64,000 nucleotides of DNA from Elusimicrobiota bacterium. GTDB lineage: Bacteria; Elusimicrobiota; Elusimicrobia; UBA1565. Each line of letters starts with the position of its first letter. The stretch's first letter is position 1. Below, in pieces: positions 1-8,190 of the stretch. The position numbers and the translations under genes were made by a program. The stretch is taken from NCBI GenBank assembly GCA_043827405.1, contig JBDRPD010000087.1, positions 32,001-96,000 of the forward strand. The letters are read 5' to 3'. The notes beneath the pieces were generated by a model that did no database searches, was not told where the DNA came from, and saw only the letters and a program-made list of their open reading frames with translations.

Positions 1-95
1 ATATTCGACTAATTAAAGACCCAACCCGATAGGCCGTACACCAGCACGCTGATCAAGGCGACGGCGGGCGAAGCGAAGAGGCCGAGACGCCGCAT

Positions 96-815
96 CTACC
101 CGGAGGTCCGGGCGCAGCGCATGATGAGCAGCGTAATCTCGAACAGAATAATCGTCGGAACCGCGAGCGCGATCTGGGAGACCACGTCGGGCCCGGGGGT
201 GAGCATCGCGGCCGCAACCACGCCGGCGAAATAGATGTAGCGGCGCTTGGCGGCGAGCATCTCATAAGTAATGATGCCGGCGCGGTGCAGAAACAGCAGC
301 ACCAAAGGGATCTGAAACACCAGACCGAAAGCCAGCGCGAGCAAAGTGACGAACTCCAAATACGCCCCGACGGCGAAAAGCGGCTGCACCTGGTCGGAGC
401 CGTAGGCCATAAGGAAGTGCACGGCGTTGGGGATGACGAAGAATACGGCCAAAGACACCCCCGCCAGGAACAGAAAGTACGACGCCGGCAGGATGATCAG
501 CACCCCCTTGCGCAGGTCCTTGCCGATCGCGCAGGCGGTGAAGGTCCAAACCTGATGCAGGACCACCGGCAGGGAAAGAAGAAGCCCCCCGAATGCCGCC
601 ACTTTAAAGCGGGTAAAGAATGCCTCGGTCGGGGCGAGGAAAATCAACCCGCCGACCGGCCGCGCCAGCCAAGCGAGAAAATCTCCCGACCAGTTCCAAA
701 CGACAGCCGTCCCGACGAAGATCACCAGCAGAGAGATAATAAGACAGCGGCGCAGAGCCTCCAGATGCTCGGTGAGCGTCATCTCCCGGTCCTCGTAGCG
801 CTCAGGATTAAACAT
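96..815 (-). CDS. tatC: Twin-arginine translocase subunit TatC
   Basis: MTLTEHLEALRRCL N-terminus, PTEAFFTRFK, FQIPLV and TPGPDVVSQIALAVP motifs; about 6 hydrophobic segments. Confidence 0.95.
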   Translation of the reverse strand: MFNPERYEDREMTLTEHLEALRRCLIISLLVIFVGTAVVWNWSGDFLAWLARPVGGLIFLAPTEAFFTRFKVAAFGGLLLSLPVVLHQVWTFTACAIGKDLRKGVLIILPASYFLFLAGVSLAVFFVIPNAVHFLMAYGSDQVQPLFAVGAYLEFVTLLALAFGLVFQIPLVLLFLHRAGIITYEMLAAKRRYIYFAGVVAAAMLTPGPDVVSQIALAVPTIILFEITLLIMRCARTSG

Positions 816-1296
816 GGTCGTCCCCCGCCATCATTTGCAGCGCATGCGGCAGGAGGTCGGCGATGCTGGCGAGGGACTCCTCCGCACCCCGGGGGCTGCC
901 CGGCAGGTTGAGAATCAGGGTGCGCCGGCGCTGGCCGCAAACAGCGCGCGACAACACCGCGAACGGCGCGGCCTTCTCGCCTTCGCGCCGCATGCGCTCG
1001 ACAAGTCCGGGCACCTCGCGCTCGACCACCGCGCGCGTGGCCTCCGGAGTGACATCCCGCGGCCCCAAGCCCGTCCCGCCGCAAGTCAGCACGATATCCG
1101 GCGGCGCCGGGCGATCGCACCAGTCGCGCAGACAGGCGGCGACGGCAGCCTGCTCGTCCGCCACAACCGCCTGCTCAACGACGGACCAGCCGCGCGCCGC
1201 CGCCGCCCGGGCCAGGGCGGGGCCGCTTAAATCCTCGCGCTTCCCCGCAGCCGAACGGTCGCTGACGACGAGCACGGCAATGGATAGTTTCGACAT
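808..1296 (-). CDS. mogA: MogA/MoaB-family molybdopterin adenylyltransferase
   Basis: VSDR, DLSGP, TCGGTGLGPRDVTPEAT and NLPGSP motifs. Confidence 0.9.
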   Translation of the reverse strand: MSKLSIAVLVVSDRSAAGKREDLSGPALARAAAARGWSVVEQAVVADEQAAVAACLRDWCDRPAPPDIVLTCGGTGLGPRDVTPEATRAVVEREVPGLVERMRREGEKAAPFAVLSRAVCGQRRRTLILNLPGSPRGAEESLASIADLLPHALQMMAGDDHV

Positions 1297-1337
1297 TTTT
1301 GGATTATAGCAATTTGAAAATTTGGTATTCTTCGTCG

Positions 1338-2198
1338 ATGTCGACGGGCAATTTCCTCAGAACCGCGCTCTGCGCCGGCCTGCTCGCCGGAAGCGGGACC
1401 GCCGCCGCATTTGAAGTGCGCCTGACGCCGCCCGATCCGCGGCCCGGCGATATTCTGCAAGTCGAAGTCATCGGCCTCGACAACCCCGTCCGCGCCGAGT
1501 GCCTGTTTCGCGCGACCGCTTATCCGCTCTACCCCGTCGCCCCCGGCCGCCTGCGGGCTCTTATCGGCCTGCCGGCCCACACCCCTCCAGGGGAATACCC
1601 CCTGCGGGTGCGGCGCAAAGGCTTCCTCCTTCCCGCAGCGGTCAAAACCGCGCTCGTCACGGTGCCGAACCGGAAGTTCACCCACCAGCGCATTACCATG
1701 ACGCAGCAGAAAGCGCGCCTGCCCGGCGGACCTTCGGCGCGCGACGCGCTCCAGCTCATCCGCAGAACGCTGCAGGTCGAGAGCCGGAAGCAGTTGTGGC
1801 GCGGTCGCTTTCTGCGGCCGGCCAAAGGCCGGCAGACCTCCGACTACGGACACAGCCGGACGGTCAACGACAAGGCGTCATGGGCTTGGCATAAAGGCGT
1901 TGATTACTCCGCCCGCCTCGGCAGCGAAATAATCGCTCCGGCCGCGGGCCGCATCATTCTGCGCGGGCACTTCCCCATCCAGGGCCGCCTGCTTATTCTC
2001 GACCACGGGCAAGGACTCATGTCGGCCTTTATGCATCTCAAGACCTTCCGGGTCGACCACGGCGATACGGTACGCGCGGGAGCCCGCCTGGGAGATATCG
2101 GGACCAGCGGCTTCTCAACCGCGCCGCATCTGCACTGGGGAGTCTATCTGCACGGCGCGCCGGTGGACCCGGTGCCGCTGCTGGAGCGAAAGCTGTAG
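1338..2198 (+). CDS. M23-family Zn metallopeptidase, secreted
   Basis: Signal peptide from ATG 1338; HKGVD (HxxxD) and PHLHWG (HxH) motifs; start chosen from TG-G-TATTCT -10 box at 1323-1331. Confidence 0.9.
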   Translation: MSTGNFLRTALCAGLLAGSGTAAAFEVRLTPPDPRPGDILQVEVIGLDNPVRAECLFRATAYPLYPVAPGRLRALIGLPAHTPPGEYPLRVRRKGFLLPAAVKTALVTVPNRKFTHQRITMTQQKARLPGGPSARDALQLIRRTLQVESRKQLWRGRFLRPAKGRQTSDYGHSRTVNDKASWAWHKGVDYSARLGSEIIAPAAGRIILRGHFPIQGRLLILDHGQGLMSAFMHLKTFRVDHGDTVRAGARLGDIGTSGFSTAPHLHWGVYLHGAPVDPVPLLERKL

Positions 2199-2211
2199 CG
2201 CCCGCCGCCGG

Positions 2212-2538
2212 CTACCAGGTAACGGTGTAGACCGCCAGCTTGCCGTCGGCGGCATTCGAGGCATCCTTGCAGGCGATGCTTACGGTCGGCCCCTTGTCCC
2301 CGGAAAAGTCGCAGGAGGTCGCGCTCTTCGCCGCCGGGTTGCAGGGGGTGCCCTTCCACTCCTCGTTTTTCTGCGCCATGCAGGCTTCCACCCAGCTCCG
2401 GTTCTCTTCGCTGGCCTTGGTGCGGGAAAACAGGATATGGCTGCCGAATATGATCTGCAGCACCCCGGTCGCGAACAGCAGCAGGACCATGGACATCACC
2501 AGGACCTGCACCAGCGCGACGCCCGATTCGTTTCTCAT
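2212..2538 (-). CDS. Minor type IV pilin, PilX/GspK-like
   Basis: MRNESG|VALVQVLVM class III signal lacking Glu5; paired cysteines; coupled to upstream pilins. Confidence 0.7.
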   Translation of the reverse strand: MRNESGVALVQVLVMSMVLLLFATGVLQIIFGSHILFSRTKASEENRSWVEACMAQKNEEWKGTPCNPAAKSATSCDFSGDKGPTVSIACKDASNAADGKLAVYTVTW

Positions 2539-3203
2539 GGCGACTGTGAGAACTCCATATTAAACGTCGAATCCACTTTATGCTGGATCATCGGACTCTG
2601 GATATTAAGCGCGGGGATGATCATCTTGAAGTTCACCCGCACCTGATTGCGCTCTTGCACATCGTCGCCGGTGGCGCGGGAAAAAACGTTATTCATCTCA
2701 TCCTTTTCGACCTTGGAGGCAAGGAGCATGCCGCCGGAATCGACTCCACAGGCGCCGATGGACGGCGCCGCCGTGCCGGTACCGGAATAGCGCCACAGGC
2801 AGCGCGGCTCATGCTGCCCGCCGGCCGTACAGCGTCCCGGCACCTCGTCGCTCACGCAGTAGTAGAACCAGGAGACGTTCTCGCTGGCGGCCACCTGCGT
2901 CCAAGCATTCGGCGCCGGCTCATACGTGGGCGCGTAGTTTTTAAATCCGCTGAGCACGTCGTTCCGGCCCCCGAGCACCGGAGTGTCGAGCCGCGTCGCA
3001 GCGTGCAAATCCTTGTCTATCCAACGCATCGCCACCAGCCCCATATTTCGCAGCCTGGTCTCCCGCAGTATGCGGTAGCCCTGGCGGTAGGCCGTCGAAT
3101 AGATGACCGAAAGCCCGGCGATGACCATGGCGAATATAAAGATCGCGATCATCAGCTCGATGAGGGTGAAGCCGCGCCGCCGGAATAGCATGGTCCGCAT
3201 CAT
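2535..3203 (-). CDS. Type IV prepilin-like protein, PilW-like
   Basis: RRRG|FTLIELMIAIFIF prepilin cleavage/methylation motif. Confidence 0.85.
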   Translation of the reverse strand: MMRTMLFRRRGFTLIELMIAIFIFAMVIAGLSVIYSTAYRQGYRILRETRLRNMGLVAMRWIDKDLHAATRLDTPVLGGRNDVLSGFKNYAPTYEPAPNAWTQVAASENVSWFYYCVSDEVPGRCTAGGQHEPRCLWRYSGTGTAAPSIGACGVDSGGMLLASKVEKDEMNNVFSRATGDDVQERNQVRVNFKMIIPALNIQSPMIQHKVDSTFNMEFSQSP

Positions 3204-3661
3204 TGCTGCCAGGTCACGTTGAAGATGACCTTATGTCCATCGCCGACCTTGGTCACCGTATAAGTCAGGCGCATCTGAATACTTGAATCGTCGCGCTCAC
3301 GCACCGGCAGCAGCTTGGTCACATTATGCTGGCAGACATCGAGCGCATAGCAGTCGGCGGGACAGTTGCCCACGGCGTAATTCCCCGAGGGGCCGCACTC
3401 GTCCTCGGGAATTTTCCACTTGGCCGTGGGTCCGGAAATATTCTGGTCGTCGGTCACATAGGCCTTGATTTTCTCTCTCGCCTGGGCGATAGCCAGCAGC
3501 GCCGCGGTCCGGCGCTCGGTTCGGACCCCCGAGATTTTGGACGTCAGCGCCAGCGAGAACACCGAGGTGACGACCACGGCGATCAACAGCACCGCTATCA
3601 TGGTCTCCACCAACGAAAACCCTTTGCGGCTTTTTAGTTTTTTTCTTATTATTGCTGGCAT
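3200..3661 (-). CDS. Type IV prepilin-like protein, PilV-like
   Basis: KSRKG|FSLVETMIAVLLI motif; start placed at ATG 3661 downstream of a sigma70-like promoter. Confidence 0.85.
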   Translation of the reverse strand: MPAIIRKKLKSRKGFSLVETMIAVLLIAVVVTSVFSLALTSKISGVRTERRTAALLAIAQAREKIKAYVTDDQNISGPTAKWKIPEDECGPSGNYAVGNCPADCYALDVCQHNVTKLLPVRERDDSSIQMRLTYTVTKVGDGHKVIFNVTWQQ

Positions 3662-3711
3662 TTTCTTAAACAAATACCAAGCAGCCCAGCAAGCGATGGG
3701 AGCCCATTTGA

Positions 3712-3740
3712 AGTTTAACAGCATCGTATAGCACCGTCAA
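3712..3740 (-). promoter_or_regulatory. Sigma70-like promoter of the minor pilin operon
   Basis: TTGACG-N17-TAAACT on the minus strand. Confidence 0.65.
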
Positions 3741-3750
3741 TACCCTGCTG

Positions 3751-3780
3751 TTGTCAGAGCCCGGGATAGAATGATAAAAT
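3751..3780 (+). promoter_or_regulatory. Sigma70-like promoter of tRNA-Cys
   Basis: TTGTCA-N18-TAAAAT with extended TGn, 9 nt before the tRNA. Confidence 0.6.
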
Positions 3781-3789
3781 CACCGTATT

Positions 3790-3863
3790 GGTGCGATACC
3801 CAAGTGGTTTAAGGGGCGAGTCTGCAAAACTCGTATTCATGGGTTCGAATCCCATTCGCACCT
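3790..3863 (+). tRNA. tRNA-Cys (GCA)
   Basis: Acceptor stem GGTGCGA/TCGCACC, anticodon arm CGAGT-CTGCAAA-ACTCG, T-arm ATGGG-TTCGAAT-CCCAT, U73 discriminator; CCA not encoded. Confidence 0.97.
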
Positions 3864-3899
3864 AAATTTTTTCTCAAAACCCGCGAAAAACCTGTTTTC

Positions 3900-3929
3900 T
3901 TGCTCTATTTCCGGCAAATTTGATACTAT
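3900..3929 (+). promoter_or_regulatory. Sigma70-like promoter of the nucleotide biosynthesis operon
   Basis: TTGCTC-N18-TACTAT with extended TGn. Confidence 0.6.
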
Positions 3930-4011
3930 TTTCCTCGACGAGAACGCCGATATTCACGGCGTCCCGAGAGGGAGCAAGGGCCGTTACCTTTTAATGCCCC
4001 ATCCGATCCTC

Positions 4012-4059
4012 AAAACCGCCGGCAGCACCTGCGTCCCGTTGTTGCCGCGCGGTTTTTTT
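4012..4059 (+). terminator. Intrinsic terminator/attenuator in the guaB leader
   Basis: Stem AAAACCGC-CGGCAGCA / TGTTGCCG-C-GCGGTTTT followed by a T7 run, just upstream of the AGGAGG RBS. Confidence 0.75.
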
Positions 4060-4082
4060 ACATCTCCAGGAGGTTGCACAAT

Positions 4083-5246
4083 ATGCCCGTCTTTATAGGT
4101 CGCGATCGGGAAGCCCGGCGCTGCTACGGCTTTGATGAGATCGCCATTGTCCCCGGCAATGTCACCGTGGACCCGGAAGAGGTCGATACCACTCTGCGCT
4201 TCGGCGATGTTGAGCTAAAAATACCTTTTCTCGCCTCGGCGATGGACGGCGTTGTCGACGTCGACTTCGCGATCGCTTTCGGCAAATGCGGCGGACTCGG
4301 AGTGCTCAACCTCGACGGCATCAATACCCGCTACGAGAAGCCCAAAGAGGTGCTCGCCGCCATCGCTTCGGCCAAGCCGGATGAGGCGACCAAGCTGGTC
4401 CAGGAGCTCTACCAGGAACCGACCAAAGAGCATCTGATCGCCCAGCGCGTCGAGGAGATCTGCAAAGCCAAGGTTCACTGCGCGGTGAGCACGATCCCCC
4501 AGAACGCGGACAAGTACGGCCCGATCGCCGAGGAGGCCGGCTGCGATGTCTTCGTCGTGCAGTCCACGGTCACCACGGTCCGCCACAAGTCGACGCGCTA
4601 CACTCCGTTTGACATCACCCAATTCTGCAAAGCGCGCAGGATCCCCGTCATCGTCGGCAACTCCGTCGGCTACAACGTGGCCATCGAACTCATGGAAGCC
4701 GGCATCAGCGGCCTGCTCGTCGGCGTGGGGCCCGGCGCCGCCTGCACTACCCGCGGCGTTCTCGGCCTCGGAGTCCCGCAGGTGACCGCGACCGTCGACA
4801 GCGCGGCGGCGCGCGACTTCTACTTCAAGAAGACCGGCCGCTACGTGCCCATCATCACCGACGGCGGCATGTCGACCGGCGGCGATATCTGCAAGGCGAT
4901 CGCCTGCGGCTCCGACGGCGTCATGGTGGGCTCCGCCTTCGCCCGCACCAAGGAGGCGCCGGGCCGCGGCTTTCACTGGGGCATGGCGACGCCGCACCAG
5001 AACCTCCCGCGCGGCACCCGCATCCGCGTCGGAGTCACGGGAACGCTCGAGGAGATACTCTTCGGCCCCTCCCGCCTGGACGACGGCAGCCAGAACCTGG
5101 TCGGCGCGCTCAAAACCTGCATGGGCTCGATCGGCGCCTCCAGCATCAAGGAGATGCAGCTGACCGAGGTTATTATCGCCCCGTCGATCCGCACCGAGGG
5201 GAAGATATTCCAAAAGGCCCAGCAGATCGGCATGGGGAAGTTCTGA
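4083..5246 (+). CDS. guaB: IMP dehydrogenase family protein, GuaB3-like with no CBS domains
   Basis: YGFDEIAIVP, ASAMDGV, GVGPGAACTTR (catalytic Cys), DGG and WGMA motifs; AGGAGG at 4068-4073. Confidence 0.9.
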   Translation: MPVFIGRDREARRCYGFDEIAIVPGNVTVDPEEVDTTLRFGDVELKIPFLASAMDGVVDVDFAIAFGKCGGLGVLNLDGINTRYEKPKEVLAAIASAKPDEATKLVQELYQEPTKEHLIAQRVEEICKAKVHCAVSTIPQNADKYGPIAEEAGCDVFVVQSTVTTVRHKSTRYTPFDITQFCKARRIPVIVGNSVGYNVAIELMEAGISGLLVGVGPGAACTTRGVLGLGVPQVTATVDSAAARDFYFKKTGRYVPIITDGGMSTGGDICKAIACGSDGVMVGSAFARTKEAPGRGFHWGMATPHQNLPRGTRIRVGVTGTLEEILFGPSRLDDGSQNLVGALKTCMGSIGASSIKEMQLTEVIIAPSIRTEGKIFQKAQQIGMGKF

Positions 5247-5250
5247 ACGC

Positions 5251-6777
5251 ATGATACTCATCCTGGATTTCGGCTCGCAGTACACCCAGCTCATCGCGCG
5301 CCGGCTGCGCGAGCTGGAAATCTACGCCGAAATCCTGCCCTACAACGCCGACCCCGCGCGCATCCGCGCGCTCAAGCCCAGCGGCTTGATCCTGTCGGGA
5401 GGACCGTCGAGCGTACACGCCGCGAAAGCCCCGCGTATTAGTAAAGAGCTGCTCGACGGCGGTATCCCGGTCCTGGGCATCTGCTACGGCATGCAGCTCA
5501 TGATCCAGATGCACGGCGGGCGCGTGCGCGCCGCCAAGGAGCGCGAATACGGCCACTCCCGAATCCGCGTATGCGGCGACGATCCGCTGTTTAAGGGCCT
5601 GCCGCGCGACATGGACGTATGGATGAGCCACGGCGACGGCGCGCAAGCGCTGGGCAACGGCTTCCGCGTTCTCGCCCGCACCCCCGCCGCCCCTTACGCC
5701 GCCATCGGCGATCCGGCACGGCGCTTCTACGGCGTGCAGTTTCACCCGGAAGTCGCGCATACGCCGCAGGGGGCGCGCCTGCTGCGCAACTTCGCGCGCG
5801 GCATCTGCGGACATAAGCCGCGCTGGACGCTGTCCAGCTTCCTGCACGACGCCGTCTCCGACATCCGCCGCACCGTCAGCCAAAAGAAGGTTGTGCTCGG
5901 GCTCTCGGGCGGCGTCGACTCTTCGGTCGCGGCGGCGCTCCTGCATCGGGCGATCGGCCGCCGCCTGCACTGCATCTTCGTCGACACCGGCCTGCTGCGC
6001 AAAAACGACCGCGAGCGGATGCGCGGCGTCTTCGCCAAAAACCTGGGCCTGAACCTGCGCATCGCCGACGCATCATCGCTGTTTTTACGGCGCCTGCGGG
6101 GCGTCGCCGATCCCGAACGCAAGCGCAAAATTATCGGCCGCGCCTTCATCGAGGTATTTCAGCAAGAGGCGAAAAAGCTGGGCGGCGTCGAATTCCTTGC
6201 GCAAGGGACGCTCTACCCCGACGTTATCGAATCGGTCTCGGTCCACGGACCCTCAGCGGTCATCAAGAGCCACCATAACGTCGGCGGCCTGCCCAAGCGC
6301 ATGAAGCTCAAACTCGTTGAGCCGCTGCGCATGCTGTTCAAAGACGAAGTGCGCAGCCTGGGCCGGGAACTGCGGCTGCCGGAAGAAGTCCTCGGCATGC
6401 ATCCTTTTCCCGGGCCGGGACTTGCGATCCGCGTACTGGGCTCCGTCACGCCGGCCGCGGTCAAGACCCTGCGCCAGGCCGACTGGATCATGCAGGAAGA
6501 GCTGCGCGCCGCCGGCTGGTACAACAAGATTTGGCAGGCCTTCGTCGTCCTGCTGCCGGTACGCAGCGTCGGGGTAATGGGCGACGCCCGCACCTACGAG
6601 AACGCGGCGGCGCTGCGCATGGTGGGCTCCAACGACGGCATGACCGCCCACTGGACGCGCCTGCCTTATGACCTGCTGGCCAAGATCTCGAGCCGTATCG
6701 TCGGCGAAGTTCGCGGCATCAACCGCGTAGTCTACGACATCAATTCCAAGCCGCCGTCCACGATTGAATGGGAGTGA
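5251..6777 (+). CDS. guaA: GMP synthase (glutamine-hydrolysing)
   Basis: LDFGSQY, GICYGMQ, QFHPE, SGGVDS and KPPSTIEWE motifs. Confidence 0.98.
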   Translation: MILILDFGSQYTQLIARRLRELEIYAEILPYNADPARIRALKPSGLILSGGPSSVHAAKAPRISKELLDGGIPVLGICYGMQLMIQMHGGRVRAAKEREYGHSRIRVCGDDPLFKGLPRDMDVWMSHGDGAQALGNGFRVLARTPAAPYAAIGDPARRFYGVQFHPEVAHTPQGARLLRNFARGICGHKPRWTLSSFLHDAVSDIRRTVSQKKVVLGLSGGVDSSVAAALLHRAIGRRLHCIFVDTGLLRKNDRERMRGVFAKNLGLNLRIADASSLFLRRLRGVADPERKRKIIGRAFIEVFQQEAKKLGGVEFLAQGTLYPDVIESVSVHGPSAVIKSHHNVGGLPKRMKLKLVEPLRMLFKDEVRSLGRELRLPEEVLGMHPFPGPGLAIRVLGSVTPAAVKTLRQADWIMQEELRAAGWYNKIWQAFVVLLPVRSVGVMGDARTYENAAALRMVGSNDGMTAHWTRLPYDLLAKISSRIVGEVRGINRVVYDINSKPPSTIEWE

Positions 6778-6787
6778 ACCTGTGACC

Positions 6788-7675
6788 ATGACCCTAGAAC
6801 GCTCAGAAGAAATCGGACTCAAGCTGGTGGCGCGCGGCAAGGTCCGCGACATCTACGCCCTCGGCGGCGACCGGCTGCTCCTGATCGCAACCGACCGCAT
6901 CTCGGCTTTCGACCATGTGCTGTCCCCGGCCATCCCCGGCAAGGGACGCATCCTCACCCAAACCTCCGCTTTCTGGTTTAACAAGATGCGGAAGGTGGTC
7001 CCTAATCACTTCATCTCGGCGGACCTCGGCGATATTCGCCGCTCCCTGCCGAAGACCGCCCGCCTGGACTCCGCGGAGTACGCCGGGCGCGTCACCCTGG
7101 CGCACCGCGCCCGGCGCATCGACACGGAGTGCGTTGTCCGGGGATATCTCGCGGGCTCCGCCTGGAGCGAATACCGGAAAACCGGCGCGGTCTGCGGCCA
7201 CCGGCTGCCCAAGGGGCTGCGCATGGGCGAGCGCCTCAAGCTGCCGATCTTCACGCCTGCGACCAAGGCCGATACGGGCCACGATGAGAACATCAGCCGC
7301 GAGCGGCTTGCCGACCTGGTCGGCTCCGAGCTGGCGTACGAGCTGGAAGTATACAGCATCCGCCTCTATACCGAAGCCGCGCAGTATCTGGACGAGCGCG
7401 GCCTAATCCTCGCCGACACCAAATTTGAATTCGGCTTTATCGACAACCGGCTTTCGGTCATTGACGAGATGCTGACGCCGGACTCTTCGCGCCTATGGGA
7501 AAAAGCGAAGTATCGGATCGGCCGGTCGCCGGCCAGCTTCGACAAGCAGTTCGTGCGCGACTATCTCGAAAAACAGGCCTGGAACAAGCAGCCCCCGGCT
7601 CCGACGCTCCCGCCGTCGGTCGTCGCCGGCACCACCCAGCGCTACCAAGAGGCGTATGAGAGGCTGACCCAATGA
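6788..7675 (+). CDS. purC: SAICAR synthetase
   Basis: GKVRDIY, TDRISAFD, ECVVRGY, DTKFEFG, DEMLTPDSSR and FDKQFVR motifs. Confidence 0.97.
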   Translation: MTLERSEEIGLKLVARGKVRDIYALGGDRLLLIATDRISAFDHVLSPAIPGKGRILTQTSAFWFNKMRKVVPNHFISADLGDIRRSLPKTARLDSAEYAGRVTLAHRARRIDTECVVRGYLAGSAWSEYRKTGAVCGHRLPKGLRMGERLKLPIFTPATKADTGHDENISRERLADLVGSELAYELEVYSIRLYTEAAQYLDERGLILADTKFEFGFIDNRLSVIDEMLTPDSSRLWEKAKYRIGRSPASFDKQFVRDYLEKQAWNKQPPAPTLPPSVVAGTTQRYQEAYERLTQ

Positions 7676-8190
7676 GCATCCAGCATAAACACAACGGCAC
7701 GGCGGTCAAGGTCCCCCCCCGCTACCGCATCGAAGTGGCGGCGAAATACGGACAGGATGACCCGCACGGCGCCGCCCTGAGCTCGCAGCTCGCGTCCATC
7801 GGGCTGCCCGCCAGCCTCGACGTCCGCGTCTCCTCGCTCTACGAGCTGATCGGAACGATGACCAAGCATCACATTCAGACGCTGTCCCGGGACCTGCTGA
7901 CTGATCCCATAACCCAGGAATTTCGCCTGGACGATACCGCCTCATCACCGGCCTTCCTCATCGGGCCCCACTGGCGCGTGGAGGTGTGGCTTAAACCCAC
8001 GGTGACCGATCCGACCGGCGAGAGCGTGCGCGAGGCGGTCGGCGATCTCGGTCTGCCGCGGCCGGAACAGGTGCGTACAGGAACGGCCTACCGCATCCTC
8101 GGCAACGCCCGGCGCCCGCAGATCGACAGGCTCCTCAACAAGCTGCTGTCCAACCCGCTGATCCACGAGACGATCGTGCAGGAGCTATGA
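7672..8190 (+). CDS. purS: FGAM synthase PurS subunit with two tandem PurS domains
   Basis: Two repeats (DDPHG..LLTDPI and TDPTG..LLSNPL); located between purC and purL. Confidence 0.85.
   Translation: MSIQHKHNGTAVKVPPRYRIEVAAKYGQDDPHGAALSSQLASIGLPASLDVRVSSLYELIGTMTKHHIQTLSRDLLTDPITQEFRLDDTASSPAFLIGPHWRVEVWLKPTVTDPTGESVREAVGDLGLPRPEQVRTGTAYRILGNARRPQIDRLLNKLLSNPLIHETIVQEL

Noticed and set aside
9..95. 28-codon hydrophobic ORF on the minus strand directly after the tatC stop
   Set aside because: Too short, no TatA-like motif and context cut by the window edge; cannot be supported as a gene
3790..3900. tRNA-Cys as an integration site
   Set aside because: No duplicated tRNA 3' end or integrase seen in the window
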